From positions 34,273 through 66,272 of the forward strand of contig CASFQL010000015.1 in assembly GCA_949296965.1 (NCBI GenBank): 32,000 bases of DNA, written 5' to 3'. Under the pieces are notes generated by a model, which did no database searches, was not told where the DNA came from, and worked only from the letters and a program-made list of their open reading frames with translations. Both the position numbers and the translations under genes were made by a program. The number at the start of each line of letters is the position of its first letter. Positions within the stretch are counted from its first letter, which is position 1. This document shows, piece after piece, positions 19,066-28,113 of this stretch. Source of the stretch: an uncultured Christensenella sp. (GTDB lineage: Bacteria > Bacillota > Clostridia > Christensenellales > UBA1242).

Positions 19066-19620
19066 ATGGATGCAGTTTTTGATGAAACAGTAAAAAAGTT
19101 AACATTATTATTTGTTCTTGATAGAATGGAGATTCCATTAACAGAAGATTCCATTATTGATATTTGCACCAGTAGAAATGATTGGTTAAAATATATGGAC
19201 TGCAAGGAGGCTCTTGCACAATTAATTGATGTTAATTTTATTTGCGTCCTTGATAATAATGGGTTAGATAGTGATCCAAAAGATATTAGATATACAATAA
19301 CTATGGAAGGAAGAAATTGCCTTTCGCATTTTTATAATAGAATTAGACAACATACAAGAGAAGAAATAACTGAATATTCTAAACAAAATCGGATGGTATT
19401 TAAAAGAAACCAGGAATATGTTTATGAATATTTTAAAAATAACGATGGTTCTCACACAGTAGTTTTTAAAATTAAAGAGCCTGTTCTTGCTCAATCAATT
19501 TTTGAAATTAGATTAAAAACTTCAACAAGAAGTGCAGCTGTAAGTGCTGGTAAAAAATGGAACAAAAAAGCAGCACAAATTTACGAATATGTTTTTGAGA
19601 ATTTAATTTCTGATAATTAA
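19066..19620 (+). CDS. DUF4364-like small protein (PadR-like fold family common in Clostridia)
   Basis: 184 aa. The N-terminus 'KKLTLLFVLDRMEIPLTEDSIIDICTSRNDWLKYMD' resembles DUF4364 family members. This is recalled from memory only. Confidence 0.45.
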   Translation: MDAVFDETVKKLTLLFVLDRMEIPLTEDSIIDICTSRNDWLKYMDCKEALAQLIDVNFICVLDNNGLDSDPKDIRYTITMEGRNCLSHFYNRIRQHTREEITEYSKQNRMVFKRNQEYVYEYFKNNDGSHTVVFKIKEPVLAQSIFEIRLKTSTRSAAVSAGKKWNKKAAQIYEYVFENLISDN

Positions 19621-19942
19621 TATTCTAGGAAGTTAAGGTAAAAAGGAAAATTTATTTTCATTTTTACTTAACGACGAATTCAAATTTTGTGCCAAAAGTG
19701 TTAACTTTTGAAATAAAATTTATCTTAGTTAAATTTTAATAGTTCTTATCTTGTTTTACAAAATTACAACACAGCACATAATTTATATTCTAGGAAGTTA
19801 AGGTAAAAAGGAAAATTTATTTTCATTTTTACTTAACGACGACGAATTCAAATTTTGTGCCAAAAGTGTTAACTTTTGAATAAAGTTTGTTAAAACTTTA
19901 TAGTAAAAATTTAATATAAATTTTTACAGCCAAAATTTATAA
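19621..19942 (+). repeat. Left arm of large inverted repeat: two ~95-bp structured units (19621-19712, 19786-19880) plus a tail
   Basis: Units recur with a 165-bp period. The arm is the reverse complement of 20957-21280 with only a handful of mismatches or indels by eye. It starts immediately after the DUF4364-like stop codon. Confidence 0.85.
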
Positions 19943-20068
19943 TACTTTTAGTAATTTTTTATTAATTCATTTTAATTTATTAAATATAAATTTCTTTAAA
20001 TTAATTTAATTAAGAATTGATTTTAAACTTTTTATCAGATAAGAAAGTTAATTGTATTTTTGTATAAT

Positions 20069-20106
20069 AAAAGAAACTATGCTCTTTATCTAGTATAGTT
20101 TCTTTT
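20069..20106 (-). terminator. Rho-independent terminator downstream of the SDR gene
   Basis: Stem aaaagaaactat / atagtttctttt (20069-20080 / 20095-20106) with a 14-nt loop and T-rich flanks on both strands. Confidence 0.55.
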
Positions 20107-20196
20107 TATGTTTTTAATAATCTCAAAAAAATATTTAATTTTCATTCCCTATTTTATTCGTAAAAAAATTAAAATGTTTACAAAAAAAAATTATTT

Positions 20197-20931
20197 TTAT
20201 TTAAAATAACCACCATCTATAACAATTATTTCTCCGTCTATATAATCTGCCTTATTTGAAATCAAAAAAGATACTAAATTTGCGACATCTTCTGGTTTAC
20301 CTATTCTTTTTTTAAGAATTTTTTGAGATTCAAATTCAATGATATCTGGAGTTAATAATTCACTATTCATATCAGTATCTATCCATCCTGGGGCGACTGC
20401 ATTGACATTAACAAGCGGAGAAAATTCAATTGCAAGGTTTTTTGTTAATGAATTTAATGCACTTTTTGAAGCATCATAATCTATTGTAGTTGGGGAAAAA
20501 CCATTAAATGAGTTATTTGATGATATATTTACTATTTTTCCCCCACCTGTTTTGACCATATGTTCACCAACCAATTTTGATAAGTAAAACACGCTAAAAA
20601 GGTTTGTTTTAAAGGTTTTTTCAAATAAACTGACCGTTCGTTCGCTAAATTCCATATCATAGCAAACTCCTGCATTATTAACCAAAGCATCTATTTTATT
20701 AAATTTTGAAAGTGAGAAATCAAATAATTTTTTTATGTCATCATAGTTAGATATATCTGCTTTAAATGGATACGCCTTTATATTATACATCATTGATAGT
20801 TCTTCGCATATCTTATTTGCTTCACTTTCTGATTTAAAGTAATTAATTATAAGATTATATCCTTCGCTTGCAAGTTGATAAGCAATAGCCTTACCAATTC
20901 CCCTACTAGCACCTGTAATAATTATATTCAT
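20197..20931 (-). CDS. Short-chain dehydrogenase/reductase (FabG-like)
   Basis: 'ITGASRGIGKAIA' (TGxxxGxG), 'NNAG', and 'YDASKSAL' (YxxxK) following 'ISS'. Confidence 0.9.
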   Translation of the reverse strand: MNIIITGASRGIGKAIAYQLASEGYNLIINYFKSESEANKICEELSMMYNIKAYPFKADISNYDDIKKLFDFSLSKFNKIDALVNNAGVCYDMEFSERTVSLFEKTFKTNLFSVFYLSKLVGEHMVKTGGGKIVNISSNNSFNGFSPTTIDYDASKSALNSLTKNLAIEFSPLVNVNAVAPGWIDTDMNSELLTPDIIEFESQKILKKRIGKPEDVANLVSFLISNKADYIDGEIIVIDGGYFK

Positions 20932-20956
20932 TTTAATTTCCTTTATACTGAGATAA

Positions 20957-21280
20957 TATAAATTTTGTGCTGTAAAAATTTATACTAAATTTTTACTATA
21001 AAGTTTTAACAAACTTTATTCAAAAGTTAACACTTTTGGCACAAAATTTGAATTCGTCGTCGTTAAGTAAAAATGAAAATAAATTTTCTCTTTTACCTTA
21101 ACTTCCTAGAATATAAATTATGTGCTGTGTTGTAATTTTGTAAAACAAAATAAGAACTATTAAAATTTAACTAAGATAAATTTTATTTCAAAAGTTAACA
21201 CTTTTGGCACAAAATTTGAATTCGCCGTCGTTAAGTAAAAAAGAAAATAAATTTTCTCTTTTACCTTAACTTCTTATAAT
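20957..21280 (-). repeat. Right arm of large inverted repeat: tail plus two units (21019-21113, 21187-21280)
   Basis: Reverse complement of 19621-19942. The outermost hairpin (21230-21270) contains the tmk stop codon (21266-21268). Confidence 0.85.
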
Positions 21281-21949
21281 ATCATTTATTACAATATTTA
21301 AAAGTTCTTTTGATATATCGTCAATTTGTCTAATTTTATTATTTTTTACACAATTAATAGTTATAAAATTGTATTTTTTTGACAAAAACTTATAAATACT
21401 TTCCGCATTTTTTAAATGTTCTGCACTATTTTCGTGTTCATCAGGTTTCTCTTTTCTATTTTTTCTTAATTCAAATGTTTTATAATATGGCATATAAAGA
21501 AAAACTACTTTATCAGGTTTAGGTAATTTTAAGAAACCAAATTCAAGGTTATCAATCCAATTAATTAACTCTTCTTTTTCCTCTTGCGATTTAAGTTTTC
21601 CTGCTTGATGAGACATATTGCTTTCTACATATCTATCTAATATTACATTATATCCATTATTTAATGCTTCTTCGATTTTGTTTACATTATATAGTCTATC
21701 CGCTGCAAAATATAAGCAAGCTACCTTTGGATTAACATTATTTGCCTTTTCGCTAAAAAAACCTTTGCAAATATTTTCTTTACCAAGATATGGGCCTCCA
21801 ACTATTTTCCCCGTTGGAGTATCATACATTGGAAAACTCATCTCAATACTTTTATATCCTAATTCATTCAACTTTTTTACTAAAATCTCAGATTGTGTTT
21901 GTTTACCAGAGCAATCTGTTCCTTCAATAACAATAAGTTTACCTCTCAT
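21266..21949 (-). CDS. tmk: Thymidylate kinase-like nucleotide kinase
   Basis: P-loop 'IEGTDCSGKQTQ' and 'DRYVESNMSHQAG' match the dTMP kinase pattern. The start overlaps the metG stop (ATGA). Confidence 0.8.
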   Translation of the reverse strand: MRGKLIVIEGTDCSGKQTQSEILVKKLNELGYKSIEMSFPMYDTPTGKIVGGPYLGKENICKGFFSEKANNVNPKVACLYFAADRLYNVNKIEEALNNGYNVILDRYVESNMSHQAGKLKSQEEKEELINWIDNLEFGFLKLPKPDKVVFLYMPYYKTFELRKNRKEKPDEHENSAEHLKNAESIYKFLSKKYNFITINCVKNNKIRQIDDISKELLNIVINDIIRS

Positions 21950-23946
21950 TCTTTCTCCCTAACTAATTGTGTAGAATGTTTTTTAAAGAAATCTTGTTTT
22001 GGTAACAAAAATTCTGGTTTATAATTCTCTTTATCTTCTACAAACTCGTAAATTGGTAATTCAATTTTATCCCAAGAAAATACATTTTTATTAAGATGTA
22101 AAAATTCTGCTAAATTTTCAATTGAATTTGGTGCTATTGGGTGAAGTAAAACCATAGCAACTTTAACCATATGGAGTGTGTCGATTATAGTTTGTTTTAA
22201 GTTATCTAAATTATTTTCATCACAGTTATTAAGCCAAAACTTATTAATATTTCTAATAAAGGTGTCAAGTTCATAAGTAACCATATGAAAACGAGTTTGA
22301 CTCATTAGTTTTTCATATTTTAAAATTAATTTTGTGCAATCTATCAAAACTTGATTCGTTACTTCTCCATAAGGAACAACTCCATCAAAATGTTTTTGCC
22401 ATGTATAAAATAAGGTCCTTAATATTTTATTATAGACATTTGTTAGTAAATTTCCTTCTTTCAAAACTAAGTCCACATCATCTTCTTTTGCAAGCGGATT
22501 AAATTGTTTTGGCATAAAACTAGCCGAATTGTTACCTAAATTTAAGCCTAAGAAGTGTGCTCTTAATTGCTCTGCTGTATAGAATTTTAACAACTCATCG
22601 GCCATAGGTGGCTTAATATTTGAACTACTGCTAGCCTTTTGATTTAAAAATAAAAGATGTTTATTTGATACCAAAGTAGAAATTTGCAAGTCTCCGTCTT
22701 GGACATTTACACTTGGTTTTCCCTTTTGTGTGTTAAACCATAAAGCGTGCTGAGCAGGTCCATAAAAATAGATGTTATCTTCTCCTATGAATTGAAATAT
22801 TGAGCAATCTTTACTACACCACCAATCTTTCCAATCTTTATTTTTTCTATTGCTGTTTTTAAGGTATGTTCTTGTAAAAGAAATAGGAGCCCAAAGGCTT
22901 TCTGGCCAAACCCAGAATGTTAAATCTTTTTCATCAGGGACTTTTACTCCCCACGAAATATTCCCTGTAAGTCTAAAAGGAACTAGTGTCTTTCCCGTTC
23001 TATACCTTATCTTGTATTCAGTTAAAATATCGCAGGCAGTTTCTCTATCTTTTAGAGAGTCAAAACAAATAGTCATAGAAGATTTATCAGTATTTGTTGA
23101 ATAAAATCTTGGTAGTTTATATTTTATCTTATTGAAATCTTCTATATATTCTTTTTTAATATATAATTCAGGGGTTTTTAAAAATTCTCTAATCTCTTTT
23201 AAAACATAAGGACGAGTTTTTGTATTCTTCTCTAAATAATCCACCCAATTAACAAGTAATTCTTTATTATCTTGTAAATTAAAATACCAATTCCCTATTT
23301 CTTTTAAAACAGGTCGCATTCCCGTTAGTGTGCTTGTTGGATTAATTAATTCTTTTGGCATATACTGATGTCCCAAATCACAACCATCAGCATAAGCTTT
23401 TTCAGATTTGCAATTTTCAAAAGGACATTGACCGACAACTTGCCTACCATTTAAAAATGTTTTTGCAACTTCATCGTAAAATTGTAATGTATTTATCTTT
23501 GACAATGTTTTATTTTTCTGTAAAATTTCAAAAATCTCTTTACTTACTTGTTCATGTTCTTCTTTTGCAGGACCTACCCCAGAAGCACCATAAAAATCTA
23601 AATCTATTTCATATTTTTTTAAAGTATTAAATTGTTGGTCATGGTTATTTTTTACAAAGTCTTCTATTGAACCCGAATAATTTGTTGTTTCTTTTAGTTT
23701 TCTATAACTTTCTAAAATTGGAGAACCATAACAGTCGGTCCCTGAAACAAAAAGAACATTATTAGCCCCAAGTCTATCTCTCATAAACCTAGAAAATGTG
23801 TCTGCATGAACAAATAGCCCCCCTATGTGACCACAATGTAATGTTTTGTTACCATATGGCATACCAGAAGTTATCATAACTCTTTTAGGAAAAGTTGGCC
23901 TATTTTCTATCATTTTGGTTAAAATCTCATCATTAAAATTATTCAT
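21946..23946 (-). CDS. metG: Methionyl-tRNA synthetase homologue (class I aaRS)
   Basis: 'SGMPYGNKTLHCGHIGG' (HIGH-type), 'SGTDCYGSPI', CP knuckle remnant 'CPFENCKSEKAYADGCDLGHQYMPKELINP', and a KMSKS-position motif that reads 'KASSS'. Confidence 0.75.
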   Translation of the reverse strand: MNNFNDEILTKMIENRPTFPKRVMITSGMPYGNKTLHCGHIGGLFVHADTFSRFMRDRLGANNVLFVSGTDCYGSPILESYRKLKETTNYSGSIEDFVKNNHDQQFNTLKKYEIDLDFYGASGVGPAKEEHEQVSKEIFEILQKNKTLSKINTLQFYDEVAKTFLNGRQVVGQCPFENCKSEKAYADGCDLGHQYMPKELINPTSTLTGMRPVLKEIGNWYFNLQDNKELLVNWVDYLEKNTKTRPYVLKEIREFLKTPELYIKKEYIEDFNKIKYKLPRFYSTNTDKSSMTICFDSLKDRETACDILTEYKIRYRTGKTLVPFRLTGNISWGVKVPDEKDLTFWVWPESLWAPISFTRTYLKNSNRKNKDWKDWWCSKDCSIFQFIGEDNIYFYGPAQHALWFNTQKGKPSVNVQDGDLQISTLVSNKHLLFLNQKASSSSNIKPPMADELLKFYTAEQLRAHFLGLNLGNNSASFMPKQFNPLAKEDDVDLVLKEGNLLTNVYNKILRTLFYTWQKHFDGVVPYGEVTNQVLIDCTKLILKYEKLMSQTRFHMVTYELDTFIRNINKFWLNNCDENNLDNLKQTIIDTLHMVKVAMVLLHPIAPNSIENLAEFLHLNKNVFSWDKIELPIYEFVEDKENYKPEFLLPKQDFFKKHSTQLVREKE

Positions 23947-24022
23947 AATATTTTTGTCCTCTTAATACATTTTAATTATAATAAGATATTTAATTTTTGT
24001 CTAATAAAATAAAAAAATATAG

Positions 24023-24056
24023 CAAAAAAAGAACTACTTAATTATAAGCAGTTCTT
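24023..24056 (-). terminator. Rho-independent terminator downstream of rpmB
   Basis: Stem agaact (24030-24035) / agttct (24050-24055) plus one extra pair. On the minus strand it is followed by a T-run (the A-run at 24023-24029 on plus). Confidence 0.5.
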
Positions 24057-24080
24057 AAATAATATCTTAAAATTTGGAAA

Positions 24081-24278
24081 TTAACCTCTTACAACATTTT
24101 TGCCTTTCAAACATTTTGTGCAAACATATTTCTTTGTTGGATTTCCATTTTCAAGAACAGTAACCTTTTGAACATTTGCTTTTTTATGAGTTAATGTTCT
24201 TCTTGTTAACTGTGAACTTCTATAACTTAAATTACTAGCTCTCATTTGGTCTTTGCCACAAATCTCACACTTTGCCAT
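24081..24278 (-). CDS. rpmB: 50S ribosomal protein L28
   Basis: 65 aa. 'MAKCEICGK....SNLSYRSSQLTRR...ANVQKVTVLENGNPTKKYVCTKCLKGKNV' parallels the Firmicute L28 layout. Confidence 0.85.
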   Translation of the reverse strand: MAKCEICGKDQMRASNLSYRSSQLTRRTLTHKKANVQKVTVLENGNPTKKYVCTKCLKGKNVVRG

Positions 24279-24413
24279 TTTATTTCTCCTTAAACTAACT
24301 ACTCAAACATTATACATAAAATATAAAAAAAGTCAACAAAAAGTATAAAATATTTTTTAATAAAATTTTAATTTACTTTTTATATAATTATTGCTAAAAT
24401 TGAATATCTAAAT

Positions 24414-24489
24414 GCTAATGTGGCTCAGTTGGTAGAGTAATTGATTCGTAATCAATAGGTCGGGGGTTCGAGTCCCCCCATTAGCTCCA
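24414..24489 (+). tRNA. tRNA-Thr (anticodon CGT)
   Basis: Hand-folded cloverleaf: acceptor gctaatg/cattagc, anticodon loop ttCGTaa, T arm ggggg-ttcgagt-ccccc, encoded CCA. Confidence 0.85.
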
Positions 24490-24569
24490 TAATTTTATAT
24501 ATATTTGAAGTTTCAATTTATCAAAATTATATAAAAATTTAATAGAAAAAATACAACTTGGTTAAATTT

Positions 24570-24604
24570 AGTCAAATTATGATTTATAATTTGACTATTT
24601 TTTT
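24570..24604 (+). terminator. Rho-independent terminator after tRNA-Thr
   Basis: Perfect 11-bp stem agtcaaattat / ataatttgact with a 5-nt loop, followed by atttttttt. Confidence 0.6.
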
Positions 24605-25140
24605 AACTACAAAACTATAATTTTGTTAAGATTACACTCTACTATATATTCTAGTTAAATCTACTTCATAAAACATATCTATATTATTTATCTTTCCGCC
24701 ACCTACTGCCACCAATTTGTATATTTTCTGCTATTTGACTTTCTGTAATCTATCATTTTTTAGTTAGTCATACAAACACTTCATATACTCTATAAATAAT
24801 TGTTATTTTTGTAAAATTGTAAATATTTTTCTTTAAATATTCCCCATATTTAACATTATGTTGGAGGTTTAATAAAAGTTTAATTGATTACCAAAACAGA
24901 TAACAATTCATTCTTAATTTAACCTATTATTTTATTTTTTTATTTTATTATAAAAAACTTAATTGCTCTCAATTAATAAATACTCTGATGTTTATAAATG
25001 TAATATAATTAAATACTGCTTTTTTATTATAGAATAATTTTAAATTTTATTTGCTATTTTTGTCAAAATACGAAAGTTTACCATTATTTTAGCATATTAA
25101 TTATTCTAAACATATAATTTTTTTATAGTAAGGAATTTTT

Positions 25141-25710
25141 ATGAACATAGAATTTTATCTGCAAATATTTTTTTTAGCACTTGGCTTATCTATGGACGCT
25201 TGTATAGTATCTATGGCTAATGGCTTAAATAATACTAAAATAAAAAAAATAACAATAATAAGTATTGCACTTATATTTGGTTTATTTCAAGGCTTAATGC
25301 CATTTCTTGGTTTTATAGTAGGAAGTTCAATCATCCAACATATCAATCCTTACATTCCTTATATAACATTAATTATATTATCTTTCCTTGGATATAAAAT
25401 GATTATTGATGGAATAAAACATGAAAATAAATTACTATCAAATACAAAACTTACTTTTATCGGTATAATTGCACAAGGCATAGGAACATCTATTGATGCT
25501 TTATCAGTAGGTTTAACATTAGCAAGTTTAACAATTAATGTCGCAATTATCTCTTGTTTAATAATTGCAGTGATTACTTTTATTATGTGTATTCTAGGCG
25601 TTATCTTGGGTAAAAAATTTGGAACATTTATAGGTAATAAGGCAGAAATTATTGGGGGTTCAATATTAATTATATTAGGGCTTGAAATGTTTTTAACAAA
25701 AATATTTTAA
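25141..25710 (+). CDS. mntP: Manganese efflux pump MntP
   Basis: 189 aa with six hydrophobic helices. 'LALGLSMDACIVS' and the internal repeat 'GIGTSIDALSVG' are the MntP/DUF204 signature. Confidence 0.85.
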   Translation: MNIEFYLQIFFLALGLSMDACIVSMANGLNNTKIKKITIISIALIFGLFQGLMPFLGFIVGSSIIQHINPYIPYITLIILSFLGYKMIIDGIKHENKLLSNTKLTFIGIIAQGIGTSIDALSVGLTLASLTINVAIISCLIIAVITFIMCILGVILGKKFGTFIGNKAEIIGGSILIILGLEMFLTKIF

Positions 25711-25761
25711 TACTTATTCAATATATTAATTTATTTTCATTATGTTATTCTTAAAACTTAA

Positions 25762-26475
25762 TTACATATTTATATCTTCTAACCTTGATATTAATTTTAT
25801 ACTACCACTTGGGAGTTTATTAAGTAACTCTTTCTTTGAAAGATAATCATATGCATTTTTTGCTAAATTATCACTATTTTCATAAAACTTAACATTAGGT
25901 AAAGTTTCCAATATTTCTTTTTTTATATAATTATAATGAGTGCAACCAAGGACTATATTTTTTATGTTTTTATTTTTAAAAATAGTTAGTTCCTTATCTA
26001 AATAACTTTTTAATATATAAAATTTACCGCTTACATTATCTATTCTTTTTGCCAAATCATCAAACCCTTTTATGTATAAATTATTTGAACCTTTAAATTT
26101 TTTTATCAATTTATTATAAATTATAGTATTTGAAGTTGCTAGAAGTAATGTTTTATTTTTTAAAATTGTTTTATTTATAAATGGTCTTATAAATAATATC
26201 TTATAATTTTTATACCTTTTTCTTAAATAAGTATCAAACATACTCCCCATAGTATTGCAGGCTACAACAATTAGTTTAATTTCATATTTAGAAAGGACTC
26301 TGTCAAATATCTCAGTAACGATATCTTTTAATATATTTTTTGGTTTATTACCATATGGGCAATTATCTTTATCCATATAAAAAATATAATTTTCATTTGG
26401 CATAATATTTTTAAAAACATCTAAAACATATTTTCCGCCATTCCCGCTATCAAATAAAAAGATATATTTTCCCAT
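25762..26475 (-). CDS. murI: Glutamate racemase
   Basis: 'IFLFDSGNGG', 'DNCPYGNK', 'VVACNT' and 'LGCTHY' are the Asp/Glu racemase motifs with both catalytic Cys. Confidence 0.85.
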   Translation of the reverse strand: MGKYIFLFDSGNGGKYVLDVFKNIMPNENYIFYMDKDNCPYGNKPKNILKDIVTEIFDRVLSKYEIKLIVVACNTMGSMFDTYLRKRYKNYKILFIRPFINKTILKNKTLLLATSNTIIYNKLIKKFKGSNNLYIKGFDDLAKRIDNVSGKFYILKSYLDKELTIFKNKNIKNIVLGCTHYNYIKKEILETLPNVKFYENSDNLAKNAYDYLSKKELLNKLPSGSIKLISRLEDINM

Positions 26476-26525
26476 TTTATATAAATATATATGAAAAATA
26501 AAAGATATATGTTCTATTTTATTTT

Positions 26526-26840
26526 TTATTTGACAATTCTTATTTTATAAATATCTTCAAATTTTATTATATATTTATCAATAAATAATGTTTTATTTTG
26601 AAAATCAATTATTACTTTACCTTGTAGTGTTTTATATAGACCATCTAAATAGAACATTACTTGCACTAAATCATCTTTTCTAATCTCTTTTATAGTTTGG
26701 TTAATTTCTGCTAGCATTTCCTCAAATAACTCTTTTTTATTGACCTTATTATGTTCAAGTTCTTTTTCTCTCAAAGCCTTTTGGAGACCCTTTAAGGCAT
26801 TAAATGGTGCAAACTGTTTTGCTCGTTCATTTCTTGGCAT
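26526..26840 (-). CDS. YolD-like protein (UmuD-analogous accessory of Y-family polymerases)
   Basis: 'PRNERAKQFAPFNALKGL' is the YolD-like motif. The start is set at ATG 26840, preceded by gaggg, not the GTG at 26855. It overlaps the polymerase stop by 14 bp. Confidence 0.7.
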   Translation of the reverse strand: MPRNERAKQFAPFNALKGLQKALREKELEHNKVNKKELFEEMLAEINQTIKEIRKDDLVQVMFYLDGLYKTLQGKVIIDFQNKTLFIDKYIIKFEDIYKIRIVK

Positions 26841-28113
26841 TTTTACCCTCTCCACTTTTGTGACCTCCTATGCTATCATTTCTTTCTTGTTGAGTTGCCA
26901 TCTTAGTTAAATCTAACCCCTTTAATAAACTATTCTTACCATATTTATCTTTAACTCTATTAATACTATTAACAATTTGTTTTTCCTTAAAGATATTGTC
27001 TATATCCGTAAACATATCATATTGTTCTTGTGACTCGGGGACAAGTGAAGAAAAACTAAAACCTAGTTTTCTAACAAATCTATTTTGAGAAACAATTTTG
27101 TCGTATAACTTCAAAACATATTTAATAATTACAGAATAAAGATTTGTTGTTGATGACATTTTAATATTTCCTTTTGTCCCTTCGCCCCTTTTGTCACCAT
27201 ATTCTACAAATATACCAATTGAATTAGTTGAATAGTTTAACTTTGCTAATTCATAACAACCGCTTTGTATCATTTCTTTCATTATCAATTTTGCTTCATT
27301 AAAAGTATAATTACAAGGTAAAATTTGCGAAGATGTTATCATTTTTGATTTATTTTTATATGATTTTATATCGCTCATTAAGCAACTTTCTTCACCCCAC
27401 GCGTGGTCAATTAAAAGTTCAGCATTTATTCCAAATTCTTTATAGAGAAGTTCTTCATCAAATTTAGCAACTCCTTGCATATCTAATATTCCATATTTTT
27501 CTAATCTCTTTGCAGTTCCTACTGAAATTTGCCAAAAATCAGTTATAGGTCTATGGTTCCAAAGAGTTTTTATATACTTTTTTTGATCTAAATAACCTAT
27601 TCTATCTCTTGTTTTTTTAGCAGTTATATCAAGAGCAATTTTTGCTAAATATAAATTAGTACCAATTCCTATTGTGCAAGGTATTCTCGTCTTGGTTTCA
27701 ATTTCTTTCATAATTTTTTTTGCAAACTCTCTTGGTTTAATCTCATAAATTTTAAGATAATCTGTAACATCAATAAAGCACTCGTCAATAGAATATACAT
27801 GAATATCACTTTTATCAAAATAGTCTAAATATATTCCATATATGTTTGCTGTATAATCAATATACTTTTTCATTCTTGGAGGAACTATCATAAAATCTAT
27901 ACTTTTTGGTATTTCAAATAAACGACACCTATTTCTTACCCCCAACTTCCTAAGTGCTGGACTAACTGCTAAACAAACGGTGCTTTCTGTCCTTGATTCG
28001 TCAGCGACAACTAGTTTTGTCGTCATAGGGTCCAAATTCCTTTCAGCACATTCAACAGAAGCAAAAAACGATTTCATATCAATAACAAAATAACATCTCT
28101 GTTTATTAGACAT
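26827..28113 (-). CDS. Y-family DNA polymerase (UvrX/YqjW/UmuC-like)
   Basis: 'YFVIDMKSFFASVECAERNLDP', 'YSIDECFIDVT' and 'CTIGIGTNLYLAKIALD' are the ImpB/MucB/SamB family core. Confidence 0.9.
   Translation of the reverse strand: MSNKQRCYFVIDMKSFFASVECAERNLDPMTTKLVVADESRTESTVCLAVSPALRKLGVRNRCRLFEIPKSIDFMIVPPRMKKYIDYTANIYGIYLDYFDKSDIHVYSIDECFIDVTDYLKIYEIKPREFAKKIMKEIETKTRIPCTIGIGTNLYLAKIALDITAKKTRDRIGYLDQKKYIKTLWNHRPITDFWQISVGTAKRLEKYGILDMQGVAKFDEELLYKEFGINAELLIDHAWGEESCLMSDIKSYKNKSKMITSSQILPCNYTFNEAKLIMKEMIQSGCYELAKLNYSTNSIGIFVEYGDKRGEGTKGNIKMSSTTNLYSVIIKYVLKLYDKIVSQNRFVRKLGFSFSSLVPESQEQYDMFTDIDNIFKEKQIVNSINRVKDKYGKNSLLKGLDLTKMATQQERNDSIGGHKSGEGKNAKK

Noticed and set aside
19005-19205. 66-aa ORF antisense to the start of the DUF4364-like gene
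   Set aside because: It overlaps a better-supported CDS and the divergent promoter region, and it has no RBS or motif.
19621-21280. Integron cassette (attC) or IS/composite transposon interpretation of the repeat-flanked SDR
   Set aside because: attC sites flank cassettes in direct, not inverted, orientation. No integron integrase, transposase or short terminal IR with target duplication is visible. The only recombinase is 10 kb away. The locus is kept as an unexplained repeat architecture instead.
24641-24660. 'tatattctagttaaa' resembling the first bases of the repeat unit (tatattctaggaagttaagg)
   Set aside because: The similarity ends after ~15 nt and the hairpin core is absent. It is most likely chance.
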